Part shown: positions 12,501-24,700 of the stretch, piece by piece
Position numbering within the stretch: the stretch's first letter is position 1
Layout of the letters: each line of letters opens with the position of its first letter
Origin: Amphiscolops sp. MND2022
Taxonomy: Eukaryota
Assembly: GCA_964187785.1 (NCBI GenBank)
Contig: OZ076411.1
Coordinates: 21,948,001 to 22,012,000 of the forward strand
Direction of reading: 5' to 3'
Length of the DNA: 64,000 nt
The notes under the pieces: model-generated
Seen by the model: the letters and a program-made list of their open reading frames with translations, nothing else
The model's database searches: none
What the model was told of the DNA's origin: nothing
Program-made: the position numbers and the translations under genes

Positions 12501-14627
12501 TTGTGGCAAACGATCGTGAAGGTTTTGTTCACACAAACGATTCTCAAAAACAGGTTGTTCAACTACCTAAAGAGAAAAACCAGTAAAACAGCGAATGTTT
12601 TGAATGTTTAACATAGTACGCTGCTGAACATCTCAAAACGTACGGCGTCAGATATCGCAGGTTTTGTGGGGTAACGTTCTTGGGCGTTGCAGAATACTGT
12701 GAGATGTCCTAATTCTTCGTTTCATGAAGTGGAACTGTTGGTTTAACTAATTTTCCATGGTTGGTCTATGTCAATCCATAATTCATCACATGGTTGAATT
12801 ACCGAAGCGAAAAGTTTTCAATAAACTTGATCCAACTACGGGAGTCCAATACGCATACATTCTCCGCACGCATTGTCTTGGTAACGGGCTGGTACCTAAG
12901 TTTGCTTAGACTCTTCTCGGAGAAGAGTACTCGGTTTCAGATCGAGAAAAGGTTCAATACTCACCTCATTGTTTATAAAGCATCAGATGAACAATCATTT
13001 CAATATAAAGTTCTAGGAAATGGCATTTGATCGATTTTGCCTGACGGACTCATTATAGTATGGTTTCTGAGTGACTAAGACAGGTCATTGGTATTGGGGT
13101 CCTAGAGGTTACTTGCTCGTGGCAATAACAGTTCTCATTGTAGACATATGCAATTATTCTTGCTCTTTGTGCAGTTTTTTCTGCGAAAGGAAGGAACAAG
13201 ATCGGCAGCAACTATACCGCGACATATACCACACGCCTTTTCTGTTTGGGAACTTGAGTACAAGAATGTTTCGGGGGCGAGTTGTCAGGGAGAAGACGCC
13301 CGCTGAACAACTTACTATTTTTCGTTTGAACTATTTTAGCTACGACATTTTCTCGGGAGTAAAATTTAGCCATTAAACTAAATCAAATTTTTTTGGAACA
13401 TTTTTTGCACTTTTTGCTGATTATTTGCTTTTAAAAAAACGTCAGTTCTCTTTGCAAGAGTTTAATGAGTAGCTGAATATTGTTGAGTAAATAGTTATAC
13501 GCACAAAACATCCATGAAGTGCAATTTAATCGCATAAAACAAGTCAACTGCCCAAATGGAACAAGAAAAAGTTGAATGGCCAAATTCCGCTTCCCAAAAC
13601 GTTGCATTTTCCGTATACTATCCCAAAAGCAAACTACGTTACCATCTTGTCAGCCAACTGGTGTAGTGATTGGCAGATTGAAACTGTTTTTTTTTTCTGA
13701 GAGATTTATTCTGGCAGGAACGTCTGATTGCTCTCCGTCACGCTCATTTTCCCCTCTGGAATCGTTTTTTCTTTCTGTTGACCACTAAGCAAGGGAAAAG
13801 TTGCCCAAAATCTAATTCCGGTGAGTTGACAGAAAACAAACATCGATTGCGCAATAAAACAGCCCTTATGGTATAACGAGCACACTATGATCCCTAAAAA
13901 CAAACATGTAACTTAATAGTTTCAATTTGCACTATCATCTTCAAAAATATATATTCTTCACAAAATTGAGCTTAGTACCCTACGTTTTCAATTGTTTTCT
14001 CTTTCCTTTTCCGGAGCTTGATTTCCACAGGAATTTTCATAAGTTGTACAAAGGTTATTTCCGAAAAGTAATGTGGAAAATAGATTTGTTTCTGGAGAAT
14101 TTCTTCAGAAAAGTATGCTGAGTAGCTGAAGTTTCCTTTGAGCTCTAATAATTGGGATCCACGAAAACACGCGAAATTGGGACACTGTCGATTGGATTTT
14201 TTGTTCGAGGAAAAACAAAATATTTTCCTCCATGTTTAGTACCTAAACAGTTATTGAAAGCCCTGGTTTTTAATATCCACAAATGCGATGATTTTTGGAA
14301 AACAGTCGAATTGACTGCTTTTGGCTCGTTTTTAAACTCCATGGTTTGTTTCGTGTCAGTTTTCTACTTTCGAAAAGTTTGCTAAAAATCTAGTTGTCTT
14401 TAGGACTTCTGAATTATATTGCTACGGAATTGGTCGACTTCATATACCAGATTGTTTCCTATTAGTTTGTTGTTGTAGTTCGTGCGTTTAGCGACCTATT
14501 TTGTTGCCAAAAAATTCCGAGTTTTCAGCTGCAGTACTTCGTCTTTCGGAGGAGTTTTGGGATGTAATTTTTATCCAGCTTGCTCGATATTGATTTTGTC
14601 TTGCAATCGACTCGGAAAAACACCAAC

Positions 14628-15160
14628 ATACCCGGCCGTTTTCTCGAAACACTTTCAGTTTTGAGAAAGGTGCCAGTTTCAAGGCCTGTCTTCTCAGCTT
14701 GCCATTATCCATCGTTGTCTTTCTGAGAACTCGTTCCATTGTCTTTGTGAATTGTTTGTTCTTTTCTGCTGTATAGATGTTCTTATTTCTTTCTGAGTTC
14801 GGTGATCATACAAACAATTCAAACAATACAAACATACAAACAGTTCGGTTTCCCAATTGCTGCAAACTCCATCAGCAACGTCCGTTTTTCTTTGAATTCA
14901 TTCAGTTGCTTTCTGAATTCAGTTGAAGGTTTGATCGATTTAGGACTGATGTGGTTCGACTGATGTATTTCAGTTCCGATAATGTCCAGAGAATTCGAAA
15001 CTTTCATCAACCATTTGTCAATATCTGCTCTGCAATACACATCACAGTTGGTTGACAGCAAGTGAGATTTGTCAAACCGAGTTGGTTCTCTAATCTTTCC
15101 ATTATCTTGTTTTCGACCTGGCATTCGCCAGAGGTTGTTGAATCATCCATCACCATCATT
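14628..15160 (-). mobile_element. Older Bel/Pao retrotransposon 3' fragment (integrase C-terminus/DUF5641, polypurine tract, LTR start)
   Basis: Minus-strand frames give TVMCIAEQIL / KVSNSLDII..QSNHI (cf. Pao TTMCLVEQ.LN..VS.DP.DL..LTPNHF) and GKLRRQALKLAPF (cf. GEL.RP.VKLAP.F), then gaaaacggccgggta|TGTTGG with TGT at 14628. Frameshifted. Confidence 0.6.
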
Positions 15161-15169
15161 TCTCGATTT

Positions 15170-15384
15170 ACTTTTTGAAGAATATAATTAAAATTTTTAG
15201 TTTTTAAAATTTGATGTTTGGAAAACTATTTCTCACAAAAACGAAATGAATATCGAATTGCGTTTCTTACAAATTGTAGTGCTGGGCATAGGCAATGCCT
15301 ACTGCAGTATCAAATTTGCAAGAACCGCTGTATAACTCAAAAAAATTAAATATCACTAGTTAAAGTTGATCTCTGGCGACAACA
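15170..15384 (-). mobile_element. 3' LTR remnant of the main Bel/Pao element
   Basis: On the - strand it starts TGTTGTCGCCAGAGATCAACTTTAAC right after the PPT-like gaaaacagcgcgaaa (15385-15399) and the DUF5641 end GELQRLVVKLGPVFY. Co-linear with the LTR start in the array units (e.g. 23440-23659, 43030-43245). The far end of the LTR is not resolved. Confidence 0.7.
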
Positions 15385-15481
15385 TTTCGCGCTGTTTTCG
15401 TTAGAACACTTGTAGAACACAGGCCCCAGTTTCACCACAAGTCGTTGGAGTTCACCCATGTTTGTCCTGTTTTTGGAACTT

Positions 15482-17785
15482 CCTTCGCTACTTCCTTGAA
15501 TTCACAAGCAGACCCAACGAAATTGATGCCATTGTCGCTGGAAAATTTCTCGTCTGGCTATGAATTGCGTGATAGCCATCACGCAAACGTCGGTGTCAGT
15601 CTGTCAACCACTTCCATGTGAACGGCCCGTGTTGTCAAGCATGTGAATAAACAATACCAAAACTTGATAGTTGTTCCGGGGGCCAAAATTGTTAATTTCA
15701 TCTTTTTGGAATTGGTGCTTCGCTCTAGTTAACCTTTTTTGGGAAATCAGTCGTCTGTGGTTGCAAAACGTTCCTTAATTGAATGCACGGTTGCTTGATG
15801 CTTCGCAAAGCGTTCCGAGATCCCGTGATTCAGTATTCTTGTTGAAGAACACTCGGAACGTATTCAGTGTCTCATGATTGATTCCAGTATGAGCCTGCTT
15901 CAACATCAAGGTTACAACTGGATGTTTGGCTGACAGGCAACATTGGATGTTTCGTTTGAGTACTGAGTTCGGACCCCGCAAACGAATTGACCCGTCTGCA
16001 GTCGAAATTGGTGATAGTCGTCCCCAGTTGTAGGGAATCTTCTCAAATTAACCTTTTGCCAAACAACTGACAAGTTTGGGGAAACTTTCCTGTTGAGCAG
16101 TCCCGAGAACTAGCTTTTCTGTCCAATTCCTCCCCTCTGATCGGCCCCTTCGGCATCAATTGAAATCGCAAACAATACACGATGACAATAATCAGTTTCC
16201 TATTGCTGCTAATCCTATACCAGTTGACAATGGGACGCTGTACTTGATTGAAGCAGTTGGTTTCCTCCAGCTCGGACTTTCTTCTAATTTTATGTGCTCG
16301 TCTCAAGACTTGTTTTGGATCGCGATGCCTTGCCTGCTCAGTTGGCTATTCACTCTCGATAAAATAAGTTGAGATACCGTCTGTCCGCGTGTACCAATAT
16401 CAGCCTTTAGACAGTTCTTGAGCTGTCAAGGATTTCTCCTATTTGATTTGCTACAAAAACTTGCTGCATTTTGCGCGCAGAATGTATCTTTTGCAAAATC
16501 GTCAGCGAGTCTATCCAATGATAAATATTTGCACTTGCAGTTTCGCGACCCTGCGTAATAAGCTGACGGTGTCGAACTGCATATAAAGCTGCTTGCAGTT
16601 CCAGTTTTAGAATCGTCTGTTGTTTCATGAGTAATTCGACATTTGCCGACCACATAACATAATTGAACGCCGTTTGCAGTTTCTGCTCTGAAATAGGCCC
16701 CCATGCACATTGACTTCAAAGAAACGTCAGTTTAGATGTGCACTTCCACCACTTCGTGTTTAGTGGTGAAGTTCTGCTCCAGTTTCGTTTCTGTGAGCTG
16801 CTGCAACTCTGACACCCATTCTAAGAAAATGCTTGATCTTCCTCAGCTAACACATCGTCCCATAGTTGCCCGCACTCTAGCCCAAATAGTCTTCAGTATG
16901 ATTCGCTTTCGTATTGTGAAATGGACATAGTTTCCCAACGGATCAAACATTCCTTTCGAGACACCTCTGCTGCAAGTTTCAAAGTGTCTTCTAACTTCCA
17001 TTGGAGATCGACCAAAGACGAATTCGCTGGTTCAACGTCGAACGTTTTATTGGTTGATTGAACTTGATCAACCTCATTGAAGGTTGGTTGTCTATTTGGT
17101 AGGATTAAAGCCCCCCTTTTGATTGCTGTTTTTAGTTGATACTACTATATACCTTCCTCTTCTGTGTCAACAGACTTTGCGAAGTCATCCGTGTAGAATT
17201 TTTTTCAATTGCCTTCGAAGCGAGAGGATAAAAGTTTTTGTTATCTAACCCAGTTTGTTGCATTGCATAAGTCGCACATGTTGGAGAACGTTTCGCTCCG
17301 ACATGTCGTGTGTACTCGTATGCTTCTACTGCCTTGGTGGAATCGTCTCTCCGGAGAAATCGAAATACTTCGCTTTCAGCGGAAGGCACTTCACTTGGAG
17401 GAATAATGCCTTGATGTCTCTTGTCTTAGCACTGCTGCTTTCTCGGAATCGAAAGATTTTACCAATCGTTTTGTCCCGTCATTAATTTGTCATTCAAATT
17501 TACAGGCAGCATTGCGAACTCTTCTAACCTTTTCTGGATCGTTAGGGTTGATTACTGGGTGATGTGGAAGGTACCATTGTGGGTCACTTCTAGATGAACT
17601 CTGTCTGACTTGTTCATTTTGCAGGTCAGTTTTAAGGGTGGCTTCATAGCGTTTTTTAGTATCTGGATTCCTCTCAGGACACAGCTGCAGTGAACAGAGT
17701 TGTGTATAGGCTGAAACAAATTTTTGGAAGAAGTTTGTTGACGGCCCAGAGACGACTAATTTCCTATCTTCTTTCAGTCAGCCTC
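15482..17785 (-). repeat. Duplicated RT-RNaseH-integrase segment, copy A
   Basis: Base-for-base match to 18185-20489 (offset 2703-2704) with only about a dozen substitutions or small indels seen by eye; the ORF track shows the same ORFs twice. Confidence 0.95.
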
Positions 17786-18184
17786 TTGCACTGAGACAGA
17801 TAATCGTTCGTCCTGCGCTTCCATATCGTCTCATTGTACTCTTGTGCCACTTTATACAATCTTCGGCAGTCGAGACATCTGCTGACGTCAGAGATCAGAG
17901 GCTGTGCGACAACTCGAGGCCCTAGAAGCGAATGATTTCGTGTTTACGCCTTCCAATCTTCAGGGTCCTGGCTGACAGGATTAAGTGGTCGCCCTTTTAA
18001 CCATACACATGGTTGTCAAGACTGGGAGAGTCAATACCCTTGAACACAATAAAGAATGCATCGCCTTACAACTGCGAACTAGTCTTTCCCAAACACCACT
18101 AAATTGAAGTGCTCCGGAATGTTTGAATTTCCAAAGCTATTTATTGATGAGCGAAACAATCGTGGATTGCGCACTGACTCCACC

Positions 18185-20489
18185 CCTTCGCTACTTCCTT
18201 GAATTCACGAGCAGACCCAACGAAATTGATGCCATTGTCGCTGGAAAATTTCTCGTCTGGCTATGAATTGCGTGATAGCCATCACGCAAACGTCGGTGTC
18301 AGTCTGTCAACCACTTCCATGTGAACGGCCCGTGTTGTCAAGCATGTGAATAAACAATACCAAAACTTGATAGTTGTTCCGGGGGCCAAAATTGTTAATT
18401 TCATCTTTTTGGAATTGGTGCTTCGCTCTAGTTAACCTTTTTTGGGAAATCAGTCGTCTGTGGTTGCAAAACGTTCCTTAATTGAATGCACGGTTGCTTG
18501 ATGCTTCGCAAAGCGTTCCGAGATCCCGTGATTCAGTATTCTTGTTGAAGAACACTCGGAACGTATTCAGTGTCTCATGATTGATTCCAGTATGAGCCTG
18601 CTTCAACATCAAGGTTACAACTGGATGTTTGGCTGACAGGCAACATTGGATGTTTCGTTTGAGTACTGAGTTCGGACCCCGCAAACGAATTGACCCGTCT
18701 GCAGTCGAAATTGGTGATAGTCGTCCCCAGTTGTAGGGAATCTTCTCAAATTAACCTTTTGCCAAACAACTGACAAGTTTGGGGAAACTTTCCTGTTGAG
18801 CAGTCCCGAGAACTAGCTTTTCTGTCCAATTCCTCCCCTCTGATCGGCCCTTCGGCATCAATTGAAATCGCAAACAATACACGATGACAATAATCAGTTT
18901 CCTATTGCTGCTAATCCTATACCAGTTGACAATGGGACGCTGTACTTGATTGAAGCAGTTGGTTTCCTCCAGCTCGGACTTTCTTCTAATTTTATGTGCT
19001 CGTCTCAAGACTTGTTTTGGATCGCGATGCCTTGCCTGCTCAGTTGGCTATTCACTCTCGATAAAATAAGTTGAGATACCGTCTGTCCGCGTGTACCAAT
19101 ATCAGCCTTTAGACAGTTCTTGAGCTGTCAAGGATTTCTCCTATTTGATTTGCTACAAAAACTTGCTGCATTTTGCGCGCAGAATGTATCTTTTGCAAAA
19201 TCGTCAGCGTGTCTATCCAATGATAAATATTTGCACTTGCAGTTTCGCGACCCTGCGTAATAAGCTGACGGTGTCGAACTGCATATAAAGCTGCTTGCAG
19301 TTCCAGTTTTAGAATCGTCTGTTGTTTCATGAGTAATTCGACATTTGCCGACCACATAACATAATTGAACGCCGTTTGCAGTTTCTGCTCTGAAATAGGC
19401 CCCCATGCACATTGACTTCAAAGAAACGTCAGTTTAGATGTGCACTTCCACCACTTCGTGTTTAGTGGTGAAGTTCTGCTCCAGTTTCGTTTCTGTGAGC
19501 TGCTGCAACTCTGACACCCATTCTAAGAAAATGCTCTGATCTTCCTCAGCTAACACATCGTCCCATAGTTGCCCGCACTCTAGCCCAAATAGTCTTCAGT
19601 ATGATTCGCTTTCGTATTGTGAAATGGACATAGTTTCCCAACGGATCAAACATTCCTTTCGAGACACCTCTGCTGCAAGTTTCAAAGTGTCTTCTAACTT
19701 CCATTGGAGATCGACCAAAGACGAATTCGCTGGTTCAACGTCGAACGTTTTATTGGTTGATTGAACTTGGTCACCCTCATTGAAGGTTGGTTGTCTATTT
19801 GGTAGGATTAAAGCCCCCCTTTTGATTGCTGTTTTTAGTTGATACTACTATATACCTTCCTCTTCTGTGTCAACAGACTTTGCGAAGTCATCCGTGTAGA
19901 ATTTTTTTCAATTGCCTTCGAAGCGAGAGGATAAAAGTTTTTGTTATCTAACCCAGTTTGTTGCATTGCATAAGTCGCACATGTTGGAGAACGTTTCGCT
20001 CCGACGACATGTCGTGTGTACTCGTATGCTTCTACTGCCTTGGTTGAATCGTCTCTCCGGAGAAATCGAAATACTTCGCTTTCAGCGGAAGGCACTTAAC
20101 TTGGAGGAATAATGCCTTGATGTCTCTTGTCTTAGCACTGCTGCTTTCTCGGAATCGAAAGATTTTACCAATCGTTTTGTCCCGTCATTAATTTGTCATT
20201 CAAATTTACAGGCAGCATTGCGAACTCTTCTAACCTTTTCTGGATCGTTAGGGTTGATTACTGGGTGATGTGGAAGGTACCATTGTGGGTCACTTCTAGA
20301 TGAAGTCTGTCTGACTTGTTCATTTTGCAGGTCAGTTTTAAGGGTGGCTTCATAGCGTTTTTTAGTATCTGGATTCCTCTCAGGACACAGCTGCAGTGAA
20401 CAGAGTTGTGTATAGGCTGAAACATTTTTGGAAGAAGTTTGTTGACGGCCCAGAGACGACTAATTTCCTATCTTCTTTCAGTCAGCCTC
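18185..20489 (-). repeat. Duplicated RT-RNaseH-integrase segment, copy B (in-context copy)
   Basis: Continuous with the protease region on its right (20490 onward) and with the integrase C-terminus/DUF5641 start on its left (17786-18184), so this is the original-position copy. Confidence 0.9.
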
Positions 20490-21741
20490 GTAGTTGTATG
20501 CAGAATCTCGAGAGCCACATCCCCCTATGATCTGCCACGGACGTTGAAAGTCGATGAATATGATTCCATACTCCATAGAAATTCGACTTGAGCTGATAAC
20601 ACGATTATCACAAGTTGCAAATACTGTCGCATTTTGGGCGATTTGATGTTTTAGAAGTGGTCCACTAAGTGTCTCTCCGAGCTTCCTCCTGATAGCCCAC
20701 GACTCATCGTTCTTTCCCTTTCTGTTATTCACGGAAATAGTAAATGAAAATAGCCTTGGCCAATCACAACCCGTCACGTCTTTCAATTCAATTTAGTTTT
20801 TCGAAAGTATTTCCAAGTGATGCTTCCATTTTCAGTGTGAGTACTCATACCTCCTGTTACCGAGGTACATTCTCGTATGCTCGTGGAAATGTTCGACTAC
20901 ATTATGACTTTCGTGAACAACTCGAGACACACTCCTTCACTGACCATATCTTTTGTCCCTTTGATCTCGGTAACACTCAACGTCAGCACTTGCACATAGA
21001 GTTGCCTTCTGATATCATCGTCAATGGATATAGTCGATCAGGTATCACAATCTGCGAAGGTATCGAACTTCTTAGAGCCATTAGACAGTTGCACTGAAAC
21101 CGTTTGAAGCAAACCACTGCAAGAGTTTGCAGTCAGTGCAGGTCTCGTGGAACAATCAGAGGTTTGATGCTCGTACACTATCTTCTGATTTCTTTGATGC
21201 AGATGATTGTGCTCCTTGGTATAACCATCTCTACCACAAGTTCTTTTTGAGAAGCACTGATTCGCAAAAAACGTCCATTCAAGCAACGAAAGCATAGTTT
21301 GACTTATTTGGCTGAGTCAATTTTTTGATCTGCAGACATCTTGAAGGCGGGGCAGTTCCAAATTTCGTGATCACCGTCATTCAATGGACATTTACCTTTG
21401 GACAAGTCAGTCTTGTTCACAACTTCGGTAGTGAATGCCATCGTTTCTGGTTTGTCACTGAATTTTTTTCAGAGATTGTTCAAAATTGCTTCTTCAATTT
21501 ATCTTGGATTTCGGCAATGTTTTTCAACCAAGCGCCGAAGATGCCTTGTTTTAAAGCTGGAGTCGTACCTCTAGAGATATGACAACCACTTGGTTTTCAA
21601 ATCAATTGGCGGTTTTTCACTGCACTGTTCAAGACAGTCTCTGGATTAAGATCACTCAAATTCGAACTGAGTTAATATATTCACGCAACTGCACACAGTG
21701 TGTGAAACTTTGCTTTCATCATGGGGTTTGAATATTGGATA

Positions 21742-24700
21742 AGAGTGAATTTCCGCAATTGGGCATTTTCCACCAGATCAGGTCTTGCAAACCCTCTGGA
21801 TAATTTCTTCCAGTCGATTGGATACATCTTTCCATTATAATTTATGCCTTCGAAAGCTATCGCCTTACCTGAGACCAGAGTTTTCAAACCTACAGTTGAC
21901 ATGAACTGCCCAGACCACTCTGGCCATTTTTGCGTGTCTCCAGAAAATTAAGAATCAAATTAAGTAGCTTCGAACCCATCGCAGGTAACGATGTTAATAG
22001 ATTCACCCGAAAATTTGGCAAAGTTGCTGCATGGATTGGATTTGTTGACGGAATGAATGTCTTGTCAGGGTCATAAACTAGAATGGTTTTCTTAACACCA
22101 GAGCTTTTTTAAAAAGTGGCAGGCTTCACGGTTAGTCTTCTCGTCGATGCCAAAAGGTTTGACGTTCTATCTGGGCAATTGGAATCATTTATCATGAGTG
22201 TCAAAACTGTCCAAGACGTTTTTTTTCCGATTTCAACCAAATGTTAGTTTTGTTTTTAGCTCCCAGTGAAGAACTGATACTCGAGGGGCTAACTCTGGAA
22301 GACCCCCGAAAAGACTATCTGTAAGTTCTTCATTTTCAACTGTTTTCGTTTGTCATCGAGTAGCTGCCAACTATAACGCTTCATGTTTAGCGAGTAGTTG
22401 CTTCTAGCTGTAGTTTTGGCAGCGCTGTCTCTTCTCTGTGCATCATTTTGGCAGCAATTTGTCCTATAGGATTTGATTCCAACTCCATCCGATGACTGGA
22501 GGAAACATTGTTTTTGTTGACATTGTTATTTTTTGGCGTCACCCATCACATCACCTGGATGTTGGAATCGAACAAATTGAGCTTGTAGAAAATTGCTGGG
22601 ATCTTTGAATTGTCCTCGTCTGACGAAAACTGTATCAGCACAGTTGTTGAGTTGGAAGTTCCTCAGAAATTGAGATTTTCATTGTTGTATGAGTTGTGAA
22701 TTTGACTTTACTAGAAAAGCTAGCTTCGTTTTCAAAAGGTTGAAGCAGTAAGTGCATAGATCAGTGATTAAGCGGGCCCTGGTAAAGTCCAACTGCTTAC
22801 AATACTCTGTGCAAACAGTTCAGTTTTTTTTCGATGAGAACCAAGAATTCTATCGAAAAGAGTTTTGAATACCGCGATTTCGTTGAAATTTCTAGCTGTT
22901 CTTTGGGAGAATTATAACAAAGTGTTACTACATTGAATTGCTGAACCTGTTTTCCTCAACACTTATCGAACCAACCTTCGCGGTGAAAAAAATGACTCAA
23001 CATAAAATTTTTCAAATTTTTTTGATCTGGAGTTTTTATAACATTAAATCCTCAGAATTAAACTTATGTGGTCAGAAGTCAAGCATGACACATGATTATT
23101 TCGAAGTCCACAAACAAGATGAATTAGCTGCGTTAATGGGCGTGCAGTATTCCTGCTTTAGAAAAGTCAATTTAGGCCAAGATGTCAATCACGTGAAATG
23201 GTGGTCATCAAGACAATGTTAGGACAAATCATAAGATAACTGAATTGCGTCAAAATGGAATCTGAGCTTTAGGCGGGCTCTGGTAAAGTCTAACTGCTTA
23301 CAATACCGTAGCACTGCTCTAATACAGCTTACAATACCAGCATAGCTGGTAGCACTGCGCGTGACATTTGGAATGCGCCTGACATGGGAGTTATGCAAGT
23401 TCAAAGAAATATAATAATTCCAATAAATCTTCGAGAAGAAAATTATAAATATCAAATTAGTATATTTCGAATTACCAATAAATTCGACGTTGAAATGAAT
23501 ATTTCTCACGGAAAAAAATTGTATATCAAGTTGCGTTGTCTACAATTTGTAGAGGTGGTTCCGGGCAATGCATACTGCAGCATCAGGTTTGCAAGGACTG
23601 TTGTATTTTTCGGAAAAAGTTCGAAGTTCACTGGTTAAAGTTGATCCCTGGCGCCGACAGATGTTCAATTGCAAACGTCTCATATATCAGTCGAGACTAT
23701 TTTCCAAAACCTTCGACCTGTGTAACAACCTTGTTTGGCTCTTAGAACTATTGAAAGTATTCTAAGTTTCTACTGTTGAAGATGTTTTCCTTCGAGGATT
23801 CTGGCATTTCTTTCCTCGTAATAATTTGAGCTGACTTTGTTTCCCCACAAGCTTTTGAACTCCACAATCGTGTCTTCTCAACTTTCGCACGTGTCCATTA
23901 CTGCTGGTTGTGAAATACAGTTCAATTCATTATTCTTCGCCGACTTCGAAGAATAAACCGAACTTCGACTTGTCGAATGAAGTCATCTTTGTAGAATTTG
24001 ATTGTTTCGTAGGATCGTGTCTCTCTGGCTTGTTCCCTTGTCGTATGGTTTTTCTAATCATAAATTCTATTTGGCTCTGCCAACGATCTCGTTTCACTTA
24101 TTGCTTTCTCCGAGCTCTCACGCGTTTTCGAACTGAAACTACTTTTGGAATGAGAAAGCGGAATGTTCAAATCATCTCCGATTTTTCCTCAAAATCACCA
24201 AGTTCCAAACTTATGTTCCGAATGAATATTTTACCCATATAATTCAACTGATATTATATAGCTTCGGGCGGAATGTGTTTGAAGAGAATTTCGGATTTTT
24301 TGAGTTTGATCAATTTGACCCCGAAAAAGACTAGGTTAAACTGTCAAGATTCCAATTTCTTACGTTCTTCTGCAAATTTGTCCTTTTTCGTCGGACTTTG
24401 TGAATCAGAACAGAACGTTGGAAATTGGCCTCAAATTGACACCAAAGTGAATTTTTCGCAATTGGGCGTTTTCCACCAGCTCAGGTCTCCCTAAATCTCT
24501 GGATACATTCTTCCAGTCGATTGGATACATGGTTCTATTATAACCCATGCCTTCCATTGCTCTCGCCTAACCTGTGACCAAAGTTTTCAAATATTTCATC
24601 TTGACGTTGTCATCAACGACAGTTTCGCCTACAGTTGACATAAACTGGCCAGACCACTCTGACGATTTTTGCGTGTCTCCAGAAAGTTTGTTAAGAATCA

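Larger units (their letters stand above)
15170..23659 (-). mobile_element. Decayed Bel/Pao LTR retrotransposon (LTR-gag-protease-RT-RNaseH-integrase-LTR) carrying an internal pol duplication
   Basis: Minus-strand order: LTR start TGTCGGCGCCAG (23659); gag DUF1759 (WSGQFMSTV..LKTLVSGKA..EG..YNG.MYPIDWKKLSRGFARPDLVENAQLRK, ~21700-22000); gag knuckle region (CPLNDGDHEIWNCPAFK..LCFRCLNG, ~21250-21420); aspartic protease (LLQTVSVQLSNGSKKFDTFADCDT..LGETLSGPL, ~20620-21130); RT (WYLPHHPVINPNDPEKVRRV..YEYTRHVVGAKRSPTCATYA, ~19830-20300); RNase H (MCMGAYFRAE..YVVGKCRI..KLELQAALYAVR, ~19100-19420); integrase (GVWERLVRSCK..NHSLLG, ~17790-18700). Many stops and frameshifts. Confidence 0.9.

Noticed and set aside
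11590-13400. Degenerate Gypsy- or Maverick-like coding fragments
   Set aside because: The sequence looks element-derived, but I could not identify a diagnostic catalytic motif by eye.
15166-15170. gattt as target-site duplication matching the gattt next to the 5' LTR
   Set aside because: It is not followed by the TGT expected at an LTR end, and LTR homology continues further in the array units; likely chance.
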